DNA from: Squalus acanthias
Lineage: Eukaryota
Direction: 5' to 3'
NCBI GenBank assembly: GCA_030390025.1
Contig: CM059433.1
Span: 2,232,001 to 2,296,000, forward strand
DNA length: 64,000 nt
Position 1 is the stretch's first letter, and each line of letters starts with the position of its first letter. Position numbers and translations under genes: made by a program. Below, in pieces: positions 34,281 to 45,463 of this stretch. The notes under the pieces were generated by a model. The model saw only the letters and a list, made by a program, of their open reading frames with translations. It did not search any database and had not been told where the DNA came from.

Positions 34281-37182
34281 TTTGTTTTGATTTTCCCTGA
34301 CCTTAGAGTTCTCATTTAATTTATAAATTTAGTTCATTTGTTTTAAAAATCATTTGGGAAGGCCAATCCAACCTCAAAAAAATGTTAGTGCTGTGTCTCC
34401 ACCTTAAATGATAATCACTTGTTTGTGTTCCAGGAGGCTGACTTTCTTGGCCCCTACACTTAGACTGGTCCACTGAAAAATAAGAGCCTTTAGTTGGGAT
34501 TCCATGACTAATAGATATCACGTTGAATTATTGTATTGATATTGGCGTATTTTACTTATTGCTATGGCCTCTTCCACCGAGAATGATAGAATGATCTGCC
34601 ACATTACAACAGTGACTACACCTCAAAGGTACTTCATTGGCTTTAAAGCGTTTTGGGACGTCCGGTGGTCACGAAAGGCGCTCTAAAAATGCAAGTCTTT
34701 CATGGCCTTCTCCATGGGTACCGCCAATGCTGCCCCGTGATTGGCTGATTGGTGAAGTTCTACAGGGTAGGACTGAAGCCAGAGCTTGTGAATACCTGCT
34801 ATGGGAGTGTAATGCTGGAGGTACCAAACTGTTTGTAAACTCCTACAGTTACTCTCTTCCGATTTAGGATTTCCATCAACATTTTTTTAATTTTTGAGTG
34901 ATTAAAAACCCTATTTGTATTCCGAAAAGACACAGAAAATTACATGCTCAGTGGATAATTGATATATCAGAGCGTAAAAAAAAACAACAGGCAAGCTAAA
35001 GAAACAATTGGCTCTAAATAAGGCATTTATTTGCTCTGTGCACTGACTAGAAGATTTATATTAGTTAGGCTCTTGTTTAATGATGTAGTTGATAATTAGT
35101 TACCTCAAGTGGCCTGCTTCATCTATCATTTAATTCTTTTGACCCCATTCTGTTTAAAGAGGAGTTTTATCCTTGCTTAAGGCTGGTGTATATGGAGGTA
35201 ATTAGTCCCAATGAATAAGTCATATGTACACGTCTGGAGTTTGCACTCCAGTGGGAACTAGTATTGTTAAAATGAAGTTTTCAAATACTGATAATTGTTC
35301 TTTGTTAGCAACAACAACAGCTGAACAGAATTAATTACTTATTCGTGGATCTCATGACGGATTAATGCAGGTGACTCAGTATTGAAAACCTGTGTGGCAC
35401 TCTGATCATTACTCCTTTAAATAAAACCACTTGGTAAGTTAATGCTTTTGACATTATTGATTGTAGGTTTGTGCCTTGTTGTTGTTAGATAACACAAATC
35501 TGCACAGCAGTAGTGCTGATACCGAATTTTCTATGAAATTAATAGACCATAATTCTCAAAACTCATTAATTCTGTTGGATTGAATGTGAACTGATGAAGT
35601 GTCCTTTTATAGTATGTATGATAAAGGGTATGTTAACTTGAGATAAGCTCTTTCAAGATTGTAAAGAAGCTTAAACCCACAGAATCACAGAAAGCATTGC
35701 AGTGATATGAGACCAATAGAATTTACAATCACAATAATGTTTAATCATTTCAAAATATAATTTGCAGCTTATGACATTGATTTCACCATCCTGGTGCGTT
35801 GGACTTTGCTTGCGACACATGGCTAATTTCTGCAGCATTTGACAATTTATCATGTATTGATACAATCAGAGCCAGAGCTAATGAAGAAGGTGTACGCTTC
35901 AAAGGAGATTGATACTGGCATCTTATCCGGGGATGAGGGGGAGGAGACCTGATTCTCCGCTCACTGTCGGTCAATTTATAGCAACACAAAAGGGACACAT
36001 GCTTCAATTTTGTATAAATGCAATAGATCGTATCGAATGAAACTATCGGTGAATTTATTTTAGGGAGGTGTGGTCATGTGGGAACACACATACCCATTGG
36101 TCAGGACTGGAGGCCATGGCATTCTGGAAAATTCTCCAAAGAGGTTATTAGCTGGGATGAGGTTCACCTAATGACCCGAATCTGGTGTTAAGCAAGAGAA
36201 TGAAAAGCTTATTAATCTTACATCAGTAACTGGGAAAACAACAGACTCAATACTCTAGAATAAACTGAGGATTCCCCATCTGAAAATAGCTGAGTAAATG
36301 GCAGTCAACACAGTTTGAAAAGGAGGAATTCGAAGTGGCCAACCTCCTCCCTGTCTCTATAATGTAGTAATACACTTATACTTCCAGAAAGCCTTTAATA
36401 ATGATCTGCAAAAGCTTAATGCAGTGGGTATCCTGGGTAAAACCTGAAGATAGATAAGGAATTAGATGAAAGAGAGGAAGCAACAGGCGCTAGTTCGGGG
36501 AGTGTTATTAGGCTTGGGAGATATCCTGAATGGAGTTCCCCAGGTAGCCATGCTGGGCCCCAGATGTTTCTAGTCTACGTAAATGGTCTGGATTCAGGAA
36601 CTCAATACAAATTGTCCAAACTCTGCTGCTCTGCTAACCTGGAGGATTGAAGGCAGGGGGTTCGGGGAGAGATGAATTTGATAAAATAGCCAACAAACTA
36701 CAGAAGGACCTCGAGAAAATTTGCAAATGGGCAAACTATGATGGATGAAATGGCAGATTGCTGGCTTTTGGATAACAAAGTAAACGAAGGCTCCATGGGG
36801 GAAAACTTCGGTAGCTTAGCGCCTCCCATTAGTGCCTGCAGATGGCGGTAACGGGGCTCTGATGCAGTAGCGCCGAGGCAAATCCAGCACCGCACGGCAA
36901 ATCCGCCCCCTCTCGTTGCGCCGCCAGTACGAGGTGCCGCCAGGGACTTCAACGGCAGGCAGATTGTGACGTCAGTGGGCGCCCAATCCTTACCTTAGCA
37001 CCTCGACCAGACAGCGACAGGGAAAGCTGGAATGCAGCTGCAGGAAGCCGGCTCCAGCGACGTTATTTAAAGGCATCAGCATTAATCACTCGCAGCTGTC
37101 GGGGCAGGTTAGTTTCAGAGGTTTCTTGTCATTTCACCCAGTGGATCAGCTTGTATGAGTAATTTCAAGCTTTTTTATCAGC

Positions 37183-37670
37183 AGTGCAGCTCCAACAACA
37201 CTCAAGAAGCTCGACACCATCCAGGACAAAGCAGCCCGCTTGATTGGCACCCCATCCACCACCTTAAACATTCACTCCCTCCACCACCGGCGTACTGTGG
37301 CTGCAGTGTGTACCATCTACAAGATGCACTGCAGCAACTCGCCAAGGCTTCTTCGGCAGCACCTCCCAAACCTGCGACCTCTTTCACCTAGAAGGACAAG
37401 GGCAGCAGGTGCATGGGAACACCACCACCTCCAACTTCCCCTCCAAGGCACACACCATCCTGACTTAGAAGTATATCGCCGATCCTTCATCGTCGCTGGG
37501 TCAAAGTCCTGGAACTCCCTCACTAACAGCACTGAGGGAGCACATTCACCACACGGACTGCAGCGGTTCAAGAAGGCGGCTCACTACCACCTTCTCAATG
37601 GCAATTAGGGATGGGCAATAAATGCTGGCCTTGCCAGCGACGCCCACATCCCATAAACGAATTAAAAAAA
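37183..37670 (+). mobile_element. 3' fragment of the CR1/Jockey-group LINE seen at 48686-53650
   Basis: AAPTTLKKLDTIQDKAARLIGTPSTTLNIHSLHHRR, tail GGCAATTAGGGATGGGCAATAAATGCTGGCC, then an A-run. Confidence 0.88.
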
Positions 37671-37857
37671 AGTCTTCTGGCAAGTGCAAAGTAGCTACAT
37701 TTATTGTTCAAAGATTCAAACTGCTACACTTGGCAACATTAATGGGGGCGGTACTGGTCACCTCGCCCTCCAGGATCTACAGTGGAGGGAGGGTAGGCAG
37801 CCAAAAATATGGGAACATGTGCACAGAGGGATGAGGAGGGACATCAGGGCTCTCACC

Positions 37858-38007
37858 AGGAGGCCTTACCCTCTGGGGATATTCCAACAGCACTTCTCCT
37901 ACCTTCAATTAAGTGAGGAATAGTGTATTAGACTGCTCTGCAGCACCAAGGTGGTGGTCACAGAACTCTGCCACCTCCTCCAAACAGACCTCCAGCCTCA
38001 CACCAGG
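37858..38007 (+). pseudogene. Harbinger (HARBI1-like) transposase N-terminal remnant
   Basis: RRPYPLGIFQQHFSYLQLSEE*CIRLLCSTKVVVTELCHLLQTDLQPHTR, with an in-frame stop. No DDE core follows. Confidence 0.65.
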
Positions 38008-38974
38008 ATGATTTAAACCCCAGATCCCTTTTGCTCACCACATGCCCATCATACCATCCCTATGTCATGCCATATCACAGCGTCCTCCTGGGCACATAGG
38101 TGAAATGAAAGAGATCACAAAATATTGCAAACTCCATTAATAACTTTATGCATAAACATATCACATATCACATTCATTCTAATAACTAATGAACCTTGTG
38201 CCTGCCATAGTTGAATAGCTTTCATTGTGTGCAAGGCGTGAGATGTGGGTGTGCGCGTTGGTAGGTAGAGATTGTTGGTGAGTGAGTGCTGGGGGTCTGG
38301 TGCTTTGGGCAGTGTGTGAAGCTTGTCGTACCGATGGTGGTATGTAGCATTTGTTGAAGCATTCAATCACCCTGACCACCCGACTGAGGTGGATCTGCCA
38401 TGAGCACTCCTGCTTCAGTCCTCTGGTTCCTTCTCCTTGTTGTGCTTCTCCTTGCTGAGGCAGCTGCACAGCCAGCAATGCTGAGAATGAGGAGCTGCAG
38501 CATCAATGAACCTCCCCTTTAAGTACTGGGAAAAGCCTGTGGCAATGATGAGTTGTGATTAGACTGCACCCGATATTGGTCCACCCTTTGCATGTAACGC
38601 CACTGAGCTAGACCTTTAAGACTTGATTTAGCACCCCAATCATTTCTTTGAGCAGTGAGAATGAATTTTGCGTGCAGTCTAAAGCTTTAGTGCCTGGCGC
38701 TAATTCTCAAACTTTTCGAAGATACCACCCATTCCTGGGCTATATTGAATTTCTAGTCCCATATGCCTTAGTGGATCCAAAAGATTACATGGCACTAACT
38801 TGGAGAAAAGTTCTCCTGGTCTCAGTTACATTCCTCCCTCAACTAACACGACTGTAGTAGATTAACTGTTCATTATTTCTTGTTTGTGGGACCTTGCTGT
38901 ATGTAAATTGGTTGCCATATTTACCTAAATGACAGTGAATGCATTTCAAAAGCTATTGAGTATTGTGTGCAGTT

Positions 38975-39277
38975 TTGGTCGCCTTATCTGAGGAAGGATG
39001 TTCTTGCCATGGAGAGAGTGAGATAAAGGAGGAATTTCTTCACCCAGAGAGTGGTGAACCTGTGGAATTCTCTACCACAGAAGGCAGTTGAGGCCGATTC
39101 ATTAAATATATTCAAGAAGGAGTTAGATATATTTCTTAAGGCTAAAGGGATCAAGGGATATGGGGAGAAAGCAGGGACAGGGTACTGAATTTGGATGATC
39201 AGCCATGATCTCATTAAATGGCGGAACAGGCTCGAGGGGCCGAATGGCCTACTCCTGCTCCTATCTTCTATGTTTCT
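38975..39277 (+). mobile_element. Short CR1 3' fragment with internal deletion
   Basis: FWSPYLRKDVLAME is joined directly to [31 protein letters not shown] tail. Confidence 0.85.
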
Positions 39278-39534
39278 GTGTTTCTAAAAGTAATTAATTG
39301 GCCATAAAGCAGTTTTGGATATTTTGAGGCTATGATAAGGACTATATAACTGCAAGTTCTTTCTTTATCAGTCCTGAACTTGCCTTTTGCCAGTTTGTAC
39401 CTATATCCCCTTGTCTTGTAGTCATGGTTTAACTTAAAATCGTGCTGAAGATTAATCTTTCCTATTCTAATTAGTATCATATACCTCTGTGAGGTCCCTC
39501 ATATATGCCTCTTTTCAAGGTCTGAACACACTGA

Positions 39535-39993
39535 TATAGGAAAGCTCAAGACTGAGGAACAGCACCTCATCTTTCGATTAGGTACTTTACAGCCTTCTGG
39601 ACTCAACATCGAGTTCAATAATTTCAAACCATAACCTCTGCCCCTATCCTTTTTTTTCCCATTTTGTTTTTCTCTCTCACACACGGCAGCTGTCGATCAT
39701 TCAGCCATTTACACTTCATCTAGAGTCATCTTTTGTTTCTTTACTTGTCCCATTACCATCTCCTTTTGCCTTGTACCATCATCCCTTTTGTCTCTTAATC
39801 TCTCCTGCCTTCCATCCTATCACAGACCTTCCCTTTTGTTCTTTCCTCCCCTCCCCCCTTTCCCTGCCCCTACACTTGCTTAAAAACCTGTTCCATCTCC
39901 AGCTTTTTCCAGTTCTGACGAAGGGTCATCGACCTGAAATGTTAACTCTGTTTCTCTCTCCACAGATGCTGCCTGACCTGCTGAGTATTTCCA
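39535..39993 (+). mobile_element. Penelope-like element 3' end / pseudo-LTR
   Basis: EEQHLIFRLGTLQPSGLNIEFNNF (GIY-YIG C-terminus typical of Penelope-like elements), a pyrimidine-rich spacer, then a hammerhead-like core. Confidence 0.8.
39911..39947 (+). ncRNA. Degenerate minimal type I hammerhead ribozyme motif
   Basis: AGTT-CTGACGA-A-GGGTC-ATC-GACCT-GAAA-TGTT-AACT. CUGANGA and GAAA boxes, stem II GGGTC/GACCT, stem I AGTT/AACT. Confidence 0.62.
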
Positions 39994-40004
39994 AGATTAG
40001 CTAA

Positions 40005-40700
40005 CTCTTGGGCTTGAGCTTCCTACCTCGTATCCATTCTATCAATAAGACCGCCCACTTCCACCTTCATAATATCATCTGTCTCCACCCTTACCTCAAC
40101 TTATCTGCTACTGAAACTCTCATCCATGCCTTTATCACCTCTAGACTTAACTATTCCAACACACTCCTGGCCGGCCTCCCTAGTTCTACCCTCCATAAAC
40201 TTGAGGTCATCCAAAACTCTGCCGCCTGTGTGCTAACTCAGATGAAGCCCCGCTCACCCATCTCCCCTGTGCTCGCTGATCTACATTGGCTCCCAGTTAA
40301 GCAACGCCTCAATATTAAAATTCTCATCCTTGTTTTCCAATCCCTCCATGGCCTCTCCTCCAGCCCTATACTTCCCCTAGACCTCTGCACTCCGCCTATT
40401 CTGACCTTTTGAATATCCCCGATTTTAATCGCTCCATCATTGGTGGCCGTGCCTTCTGCTGCCTCGGTCCGAAGCTCTGGAATTTCCTCCCTAAATCTCT
40501 TCGCCCCTCTACCTCTCTTACCTCCTTTAAGACGCTCCTTAAAACCGACCTCTTCGACCAAGCTTTTGGTCACCTGCCCTAACATTTCCTTATGTGGCTC
40601 GGTGTCAAATTTTGCTGGTTTTTTTGATGACACTCCTGTGAAGCACCTTGGGAAGTTTTATTACATTAAAGGTGCTATATAAATATAAGTTGTTGTTGTT
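40005..40700 (+). mobile_element. L2 3' fragment
   Basis: ETLIHAFITSRLNYSNTLLAGLP...LADLHWLPVKQR. L2 tail with (GTT)n. Confidence 0.88.
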
Positions 40701-41724
40701 GTCAAGAAAGTAGCACCATCTTTTGACTTAAATCTAATTGGCTGTTTATTGGAACTCATTTGGCCATGGAAAAGGTTCCCTACAGTCTTCACGATCAGGG
40801 AGATTGGCTTGGCAAATTATGGAACTCATTCAGATTATTTCAATGACCCAAGTGGCCCAAATGACTAATTGGTCTGGACAGCAATACCTTCCTCCACACT
40901 TTATCCTCTCTCTCCTCCACCTCTCTCTTGCAAGCAAATGCAGGCAGAGGGAAGGAGAGATCACAGGACTGCAGGCGTTAAAGAGGCTGGAAAGTCTAGC
41001 GGGAATACTTCCTCTCAAAAGTACTCCTTCAGTGTACATGGAAAAAGAAATAAGAGAGTACAATTTAGAAACGGATTTGTTACCTTTCTTCAAAATAAAA
41101 CCAAATTTCCTGCCTCACTGGCTGTCCTTCCTTCCAGGACCACTCTGTTGCTGTAACTGTCACAACGAGTGGCTGTCTCCTTGGGCAACTTCATTCATTC
41201 AGTGCAACTTCGGACCAGCCTGGGAACTGATCAGGTGCTACCGACCTTCAGATACCTGCAAAACCCATGGCTGCAGTCGGCCCCTGATTGATTGGGGATA
41301 AAGAGATGGGAAGGAAACATCTTCCAGGGAATGCTGATGCACCATATCATTTACACTTTGCTAGGGAGTGTTCTCTTACTTGATACCATTGATTGTCAGT
41401 AATCCTTGTAATCCCTTCATTTATTTGCTTTCATTATCACTTTCACCTCAACGGGATATATTTCACACCTAGTTCAGATCTATCGGCACAACATTAATTG
41501 GACCTTTCTGAAGCTGTTGGTCAACGTTGTAGCAGCTGTGTCTCCACATTATAGCTCATTTCTTCAAATCCAGGTGGAGACAGGCGTTATCAGATTGATG
41601 AGGATCATCAATATTTCTCCATGTCAATGCTTTAAGTACCTTAACACAAATTTACAAACAATGGGAAAGTGAACGACTGGGAAAGACGCTGCAGTCAATC
41701 TGGCCAGTTGTGTAAAAAAATAAT

Positions 41725-43356
41725 GGCCCGTATTTTCCGATCCCCAGGGGTGTGTACGAGCTGTGAACACACCCGTAGGGACCTCGCGAATGCCGGTTTC
41801 AGGCATGCGAAGTGCACGCGTGGAAAACCGGCATTTCCGATCTGTCAAGAATCCTGCCCTGGAGAAGGGCCTCTGCGGGTGGAGAGTTCCGCTTTCTGCA
41901 GAACCTCCGCCCGCTGAAATCACTTAAAAATCTTACGCCTGGTAAAAGCATATGTAAAGCCTGCTTTTACCAATATAAGGGGTAGAAATTAGGTCGCGCC
42001 CCATTTGGGGCGCAAATATCGTCTGGACGCAAATATTAGCGCCTGGCGCTAATTATCGGCACTGACTGGAAACTTCACTTTTACCGCCCCGGGAGGTGAG
42101 TGGAGCGCTAAAGCAGGCGCTGCACACCTGTCTTAAGGCGCAAAGGCCAAGGAGTGAGGCGCTAACTCAGAGCGCTGGCGAAGCTCATGTAATGTCAGTC
42201 AGCAATGGAACACACACACAATTGCACGGGCCAGTTCTTAAAGGGGATGGTTAATCTTGCTTTCCATCCACATCCTGTTCATTGCAGCCTTGAATCTCGG
42301 CCTGGAGAGACTTGCACATCAAATGTGCTGGAAAGAACAATGGAGAGTACCAGGCAAAGAGCTCAGAGTGCAGCTCCCACAGTCTCTGCTAAATCGATAC
42401 AAGGAATGGCAAATCAAAATGAACCTGCAAAGTGCTGCTCAGTACCCAAAACTCCTTCACACAACGTTGAATCTCTCCAGAAGTCTCTCCCTCTCTCTCA
42501 GAATGCATAGTTCAAAAATGCCACCAACAATAAAAGACAGGAAGAGGCCCCCTTTAAATAGCGCCACCCCCAGCCCCACAGCGATTGATAGCATTCCAGT
42601 CTTCTGGTCGTTGGATGCGCCAGGCGGTAAGGCAGGGGGCGCCACTCAATTTCCGCTCCGGGGCGCCACAAGGGCATTGCACCATGGAATGACGTCACAA
42701 TCTGCGCGCGCAGGTGGTCGCAGCGGTAAGTTTTAGCGCCGCCGCACAATCTCAAGTTAAGTTCTCGAGCGGCGCAAACATCGCTGCGCCCGGGCGTTAG
42801 CGGCTTTGCGCCCCATTAGCGCCCTCTTAAGGCGCTAACGGGAGGCGCAACCAACTGAATTTTTACCCCTAAGAGTTTAAAAAAGTAAAACTTTTTTTTT
42901 CACTAATTTATAATTTAAAAATACTTTTAAAAAAGGTAAGTTTATTTTTAGCCCCATAAAAAACTTTAATTATTTTTTTCAAAAAATTAATTTTTTGTTT
43001 AAAATATTTAATTTTATGTAAATTTAACTCATTTTAAAAACGTGATGGTTTTAAAAAATGTATTTAATGTTTTAGTGTCTTTTTCCAGTGATCCCCATTC
43101 ATACTTTCGACAGGTCTGTCTGTCAAAAGTATGAAGCGAGATTCCCTTCTTTCATTGGTTCCCCATGGCCCACGTGATCCCAGGGACGCTTGCGAACCGC
43201 CTGCACCCCTGGGATACCTGGGCCCTGCGCATATCGTCGTGGAGAGGCCCAAGATCGGAAATGGCCGCACCTCTGCAGCCCTCGGGTAAGGGCGTAGATT
43301 TTTTCCCAATAGGAGGCCTCCGCACACAGGTAGCCTCCTATCGGAAATTACGGGCC
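41725..43356. mobile_element. Harbinger-type MITE (outer) containing a nested MITE
   Basis: TIR GGCCCGTATTTTCCGA / GGCCCGTAATTTCCGA (15/16). TSD AAT. Confidence 0.88.
41979..42869. mobile_element. Harbinger-type MITE (inner)
   Basis: TIR GGGGTAGAAATT / GGGGTAAAAATT. TSD TAA. Confidence 0.88.
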
Positions 43357-43378
43357 AATATCTTTCACTAGCATTCAG

Positions 43379-43797
43379 GTATCAGCCTTGGCTCAGTGGC
43401 AGCACTCTCCCCTCTGAGTCAGAAGGTCGTGGGTTCAAGTTACACTTCAGAGACTTGAACACATAATCTAGGACAGCACTTGAGTGCAGCGCTGAACGAG
43501 TGCTGTCTTTCAGATGATAACGTTAAACGTCTTCTCAGGTGAACATAAAAGATCCCATTCCACTATTCGAAGAAAAGCAGGGGAGTTCTCCCAGTGCCGC
43601 AGCCAACATTTATCCCTCAACCAAAACCATCAAAGAAAAGATTACCTGGTTATTTGTCTTATTGCTTGTGGGACCTTGATGTGAACTCATTGGCTGTCGC
43701 ATTGTCCTACATTACAACAGTGACTACACTAAAGAGTACTGCACTGGCTGTGAAGCGCTTTGGGATGTCATACAAAGTGCTCTATAAATGCAAGTTC
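43379..43797 (+). mobile_element. Deu-domain tRNA SINE (SacSINE1-like)
   Basis: TGGCTCAGTGG and GGTTCAAGT boxes. Body matches 29945-30392. Confidence 0.85.
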
Positions 43798-44142
43798 TTT
43801 CTCTCTCTTTCTTTCTTTGTCTCTCTTTCTTTCTTTCTTTCTCTCTCTTTCTTTCTTTCTCTCTCTTTCTTTCTCTCTCTCTTTCTTTCTTTGTCTCTCT
43901 TTCTTTCTTTCTCTCTCTCCTTTCTTTCTTTCTCTCTCCTTTCTTTCTTTCTCTCTTTCTTTCTCTCTTTCTTTCTCTCTCCTTTCTTTCTTTCTCTCTT
44001 TCTTTCTCTCTTTCTTTCTCTCTCCTTTCTTTCTTTCTCTCTCTTTCTTTCTTTCTCTCTCTTTCTTTCTCTCTCTCTCTCTTTCTTTCTTTCTCTCTCT
44101 CCTCTCTTTCTCCTTCTTTCTTTCTTTCTCTCTCTCTCCTTC
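43796..44142. repeat. (CT/CTTT)n microsatellite grown from the SINE tail
   Basis: About 345 bp of almost pure pyrimidine on the + strand. Confidence 0.97.
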
Positions 44143-44954
44143 AAATATCAACTTAATTAACTTTTAGAAGTTTAATATGCCCTCTGCATTTCTTTCTCCA
44201 TATGCAACTACAGTGTATAAAGCACTTTTGTGTTTATATTTAACTTTTATAGTTTACATTGTAGTAGCCAGAAGTGGTGGGAAAGTGGATGATGAGATCT
44301 ACTGTTGACTCTGCCCCGACCTGGATATTCCTCGCCGACTCCACCAAACCGCCGCCAGCATCCCTTCCCCACCTGCCATGTGTAAATGCTGACAAGGACA
44401 TGGAGCCCGGCTTCCCATCCCTCTTGCTCCCTGGGACGCCCTGGTAGAAAGTGGCAGTAGGCCCAGGATAGTGCCCGAGTCCATAGTGGAGGGACAGAGC
44501 CTAGTCGAGGCCTCCTCTCCTTCCAGTCTAGCCTCAGTGCACTTCCTGCTATTGGCCTTGGCCTCTGCTGAGCTTTACAAAAGCTTCCTTTGGGATTTTT
44601 CTTCCCTCAATGCCTTTTGTGGTTCTACAATGACATCTCTCCTGCAACACCAGCTCAGTTTTCTCTTTGGCCCTGACAGGCTGCCCCTTGTCTGTGGGAG
44701 TCCTGCCAGGAGCCCACCCTGGAAAATGGAGGGGCGGGTGGAGGTGCCATCCAGCCACTACGCCACTGCTGAAAGGAAAATCCAACCCTTATAGTCTATT
44801 TAAACTCCAACTGAAGTCAACTGAATGCACTGAGTAAAATTCTTTCCTGTTACGATTCAAAGCTACGTTCGATATCTCCTGAAAATCTCCCCAAAGCACC
44901 ATTAAAAGTGTGACTTTTTAGTGCCCGCACAATAGCAACCAAAAGAGCCCCTAG

Positions 44955-45462
44955 TAAATAAAAACAGAAATTTGCTGGAAATACACAACAATCTGTCGAG
45001 AACACACAGGTTAATGGTTTGGGTTTTCTTCAGTACTGGAAAGTGAAAGATAAGGGACCCCTTTAATAGGACTGAACAAAAAGAAGAGGATGGAGGAGAA
45101 AACAGGCCAAAGTAATAAAGAAGGAATGCTGACTCCAGGCACAGAGAGGCAGTTAATGTGTTTAATGGCCTGAAAACTGTACAGTTTGGAAAGGCTGTAC
45201 AGCATTGAAAACTAGTAGATGATATTCAAGGATCATCTCAGTGAGGCAATGAAATGGCATTAAAGAACAGGAGGGTGTGAAAATAGCATAGTGTGGCAGT
45301 GAAAAGGCACGGGTAAGATTAAACACAAAAAGCAAAATGATGGGGGAATGAAATGGAAAAGAAATGAGTCAGATAATAAGGGATAAAGCTAAGGTCTGAA
45401 GTTGCTAAAGCCAGTGTTCAGAGCAGGGGACTGCAGAGGTCCCTGGAGAATGAAGAGATACT
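44955..45462 (-). mobile_element. Degenerate Penelope-like 3' end
   Basis: AAAAACAGAAATTTGCTGGAAATAC...GGTTAATGG...CTTCAGTACTGGAAA resembles the reverse complement of 39535-39993. Confidence 0.5.
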
Positions 45463-45463
45463 G

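Larger units (their letters stand above)
36797..38759 (+). mobile_element. Internally deleted Harbinger transposon inserted in an old CR1 fragment
   Basis: TSD CAT on both sides. Degenerate TIR GGGGGAAAACTTC / GGACTAGAAATTC. Subterminal similarity to MITE 41979-42869. Transposase and Myb remnants inside. Confidence 0.7.

Noticed and set aside
40738..41301. 187 aa ORF
   Set aside because: Non-ATG start and no motif recognised; possibly a decayed repeat.
43594..44167. K/E/R-rich and F/L/S-rich ORFs
   Set aside because: CT/CTTT microsatellite.
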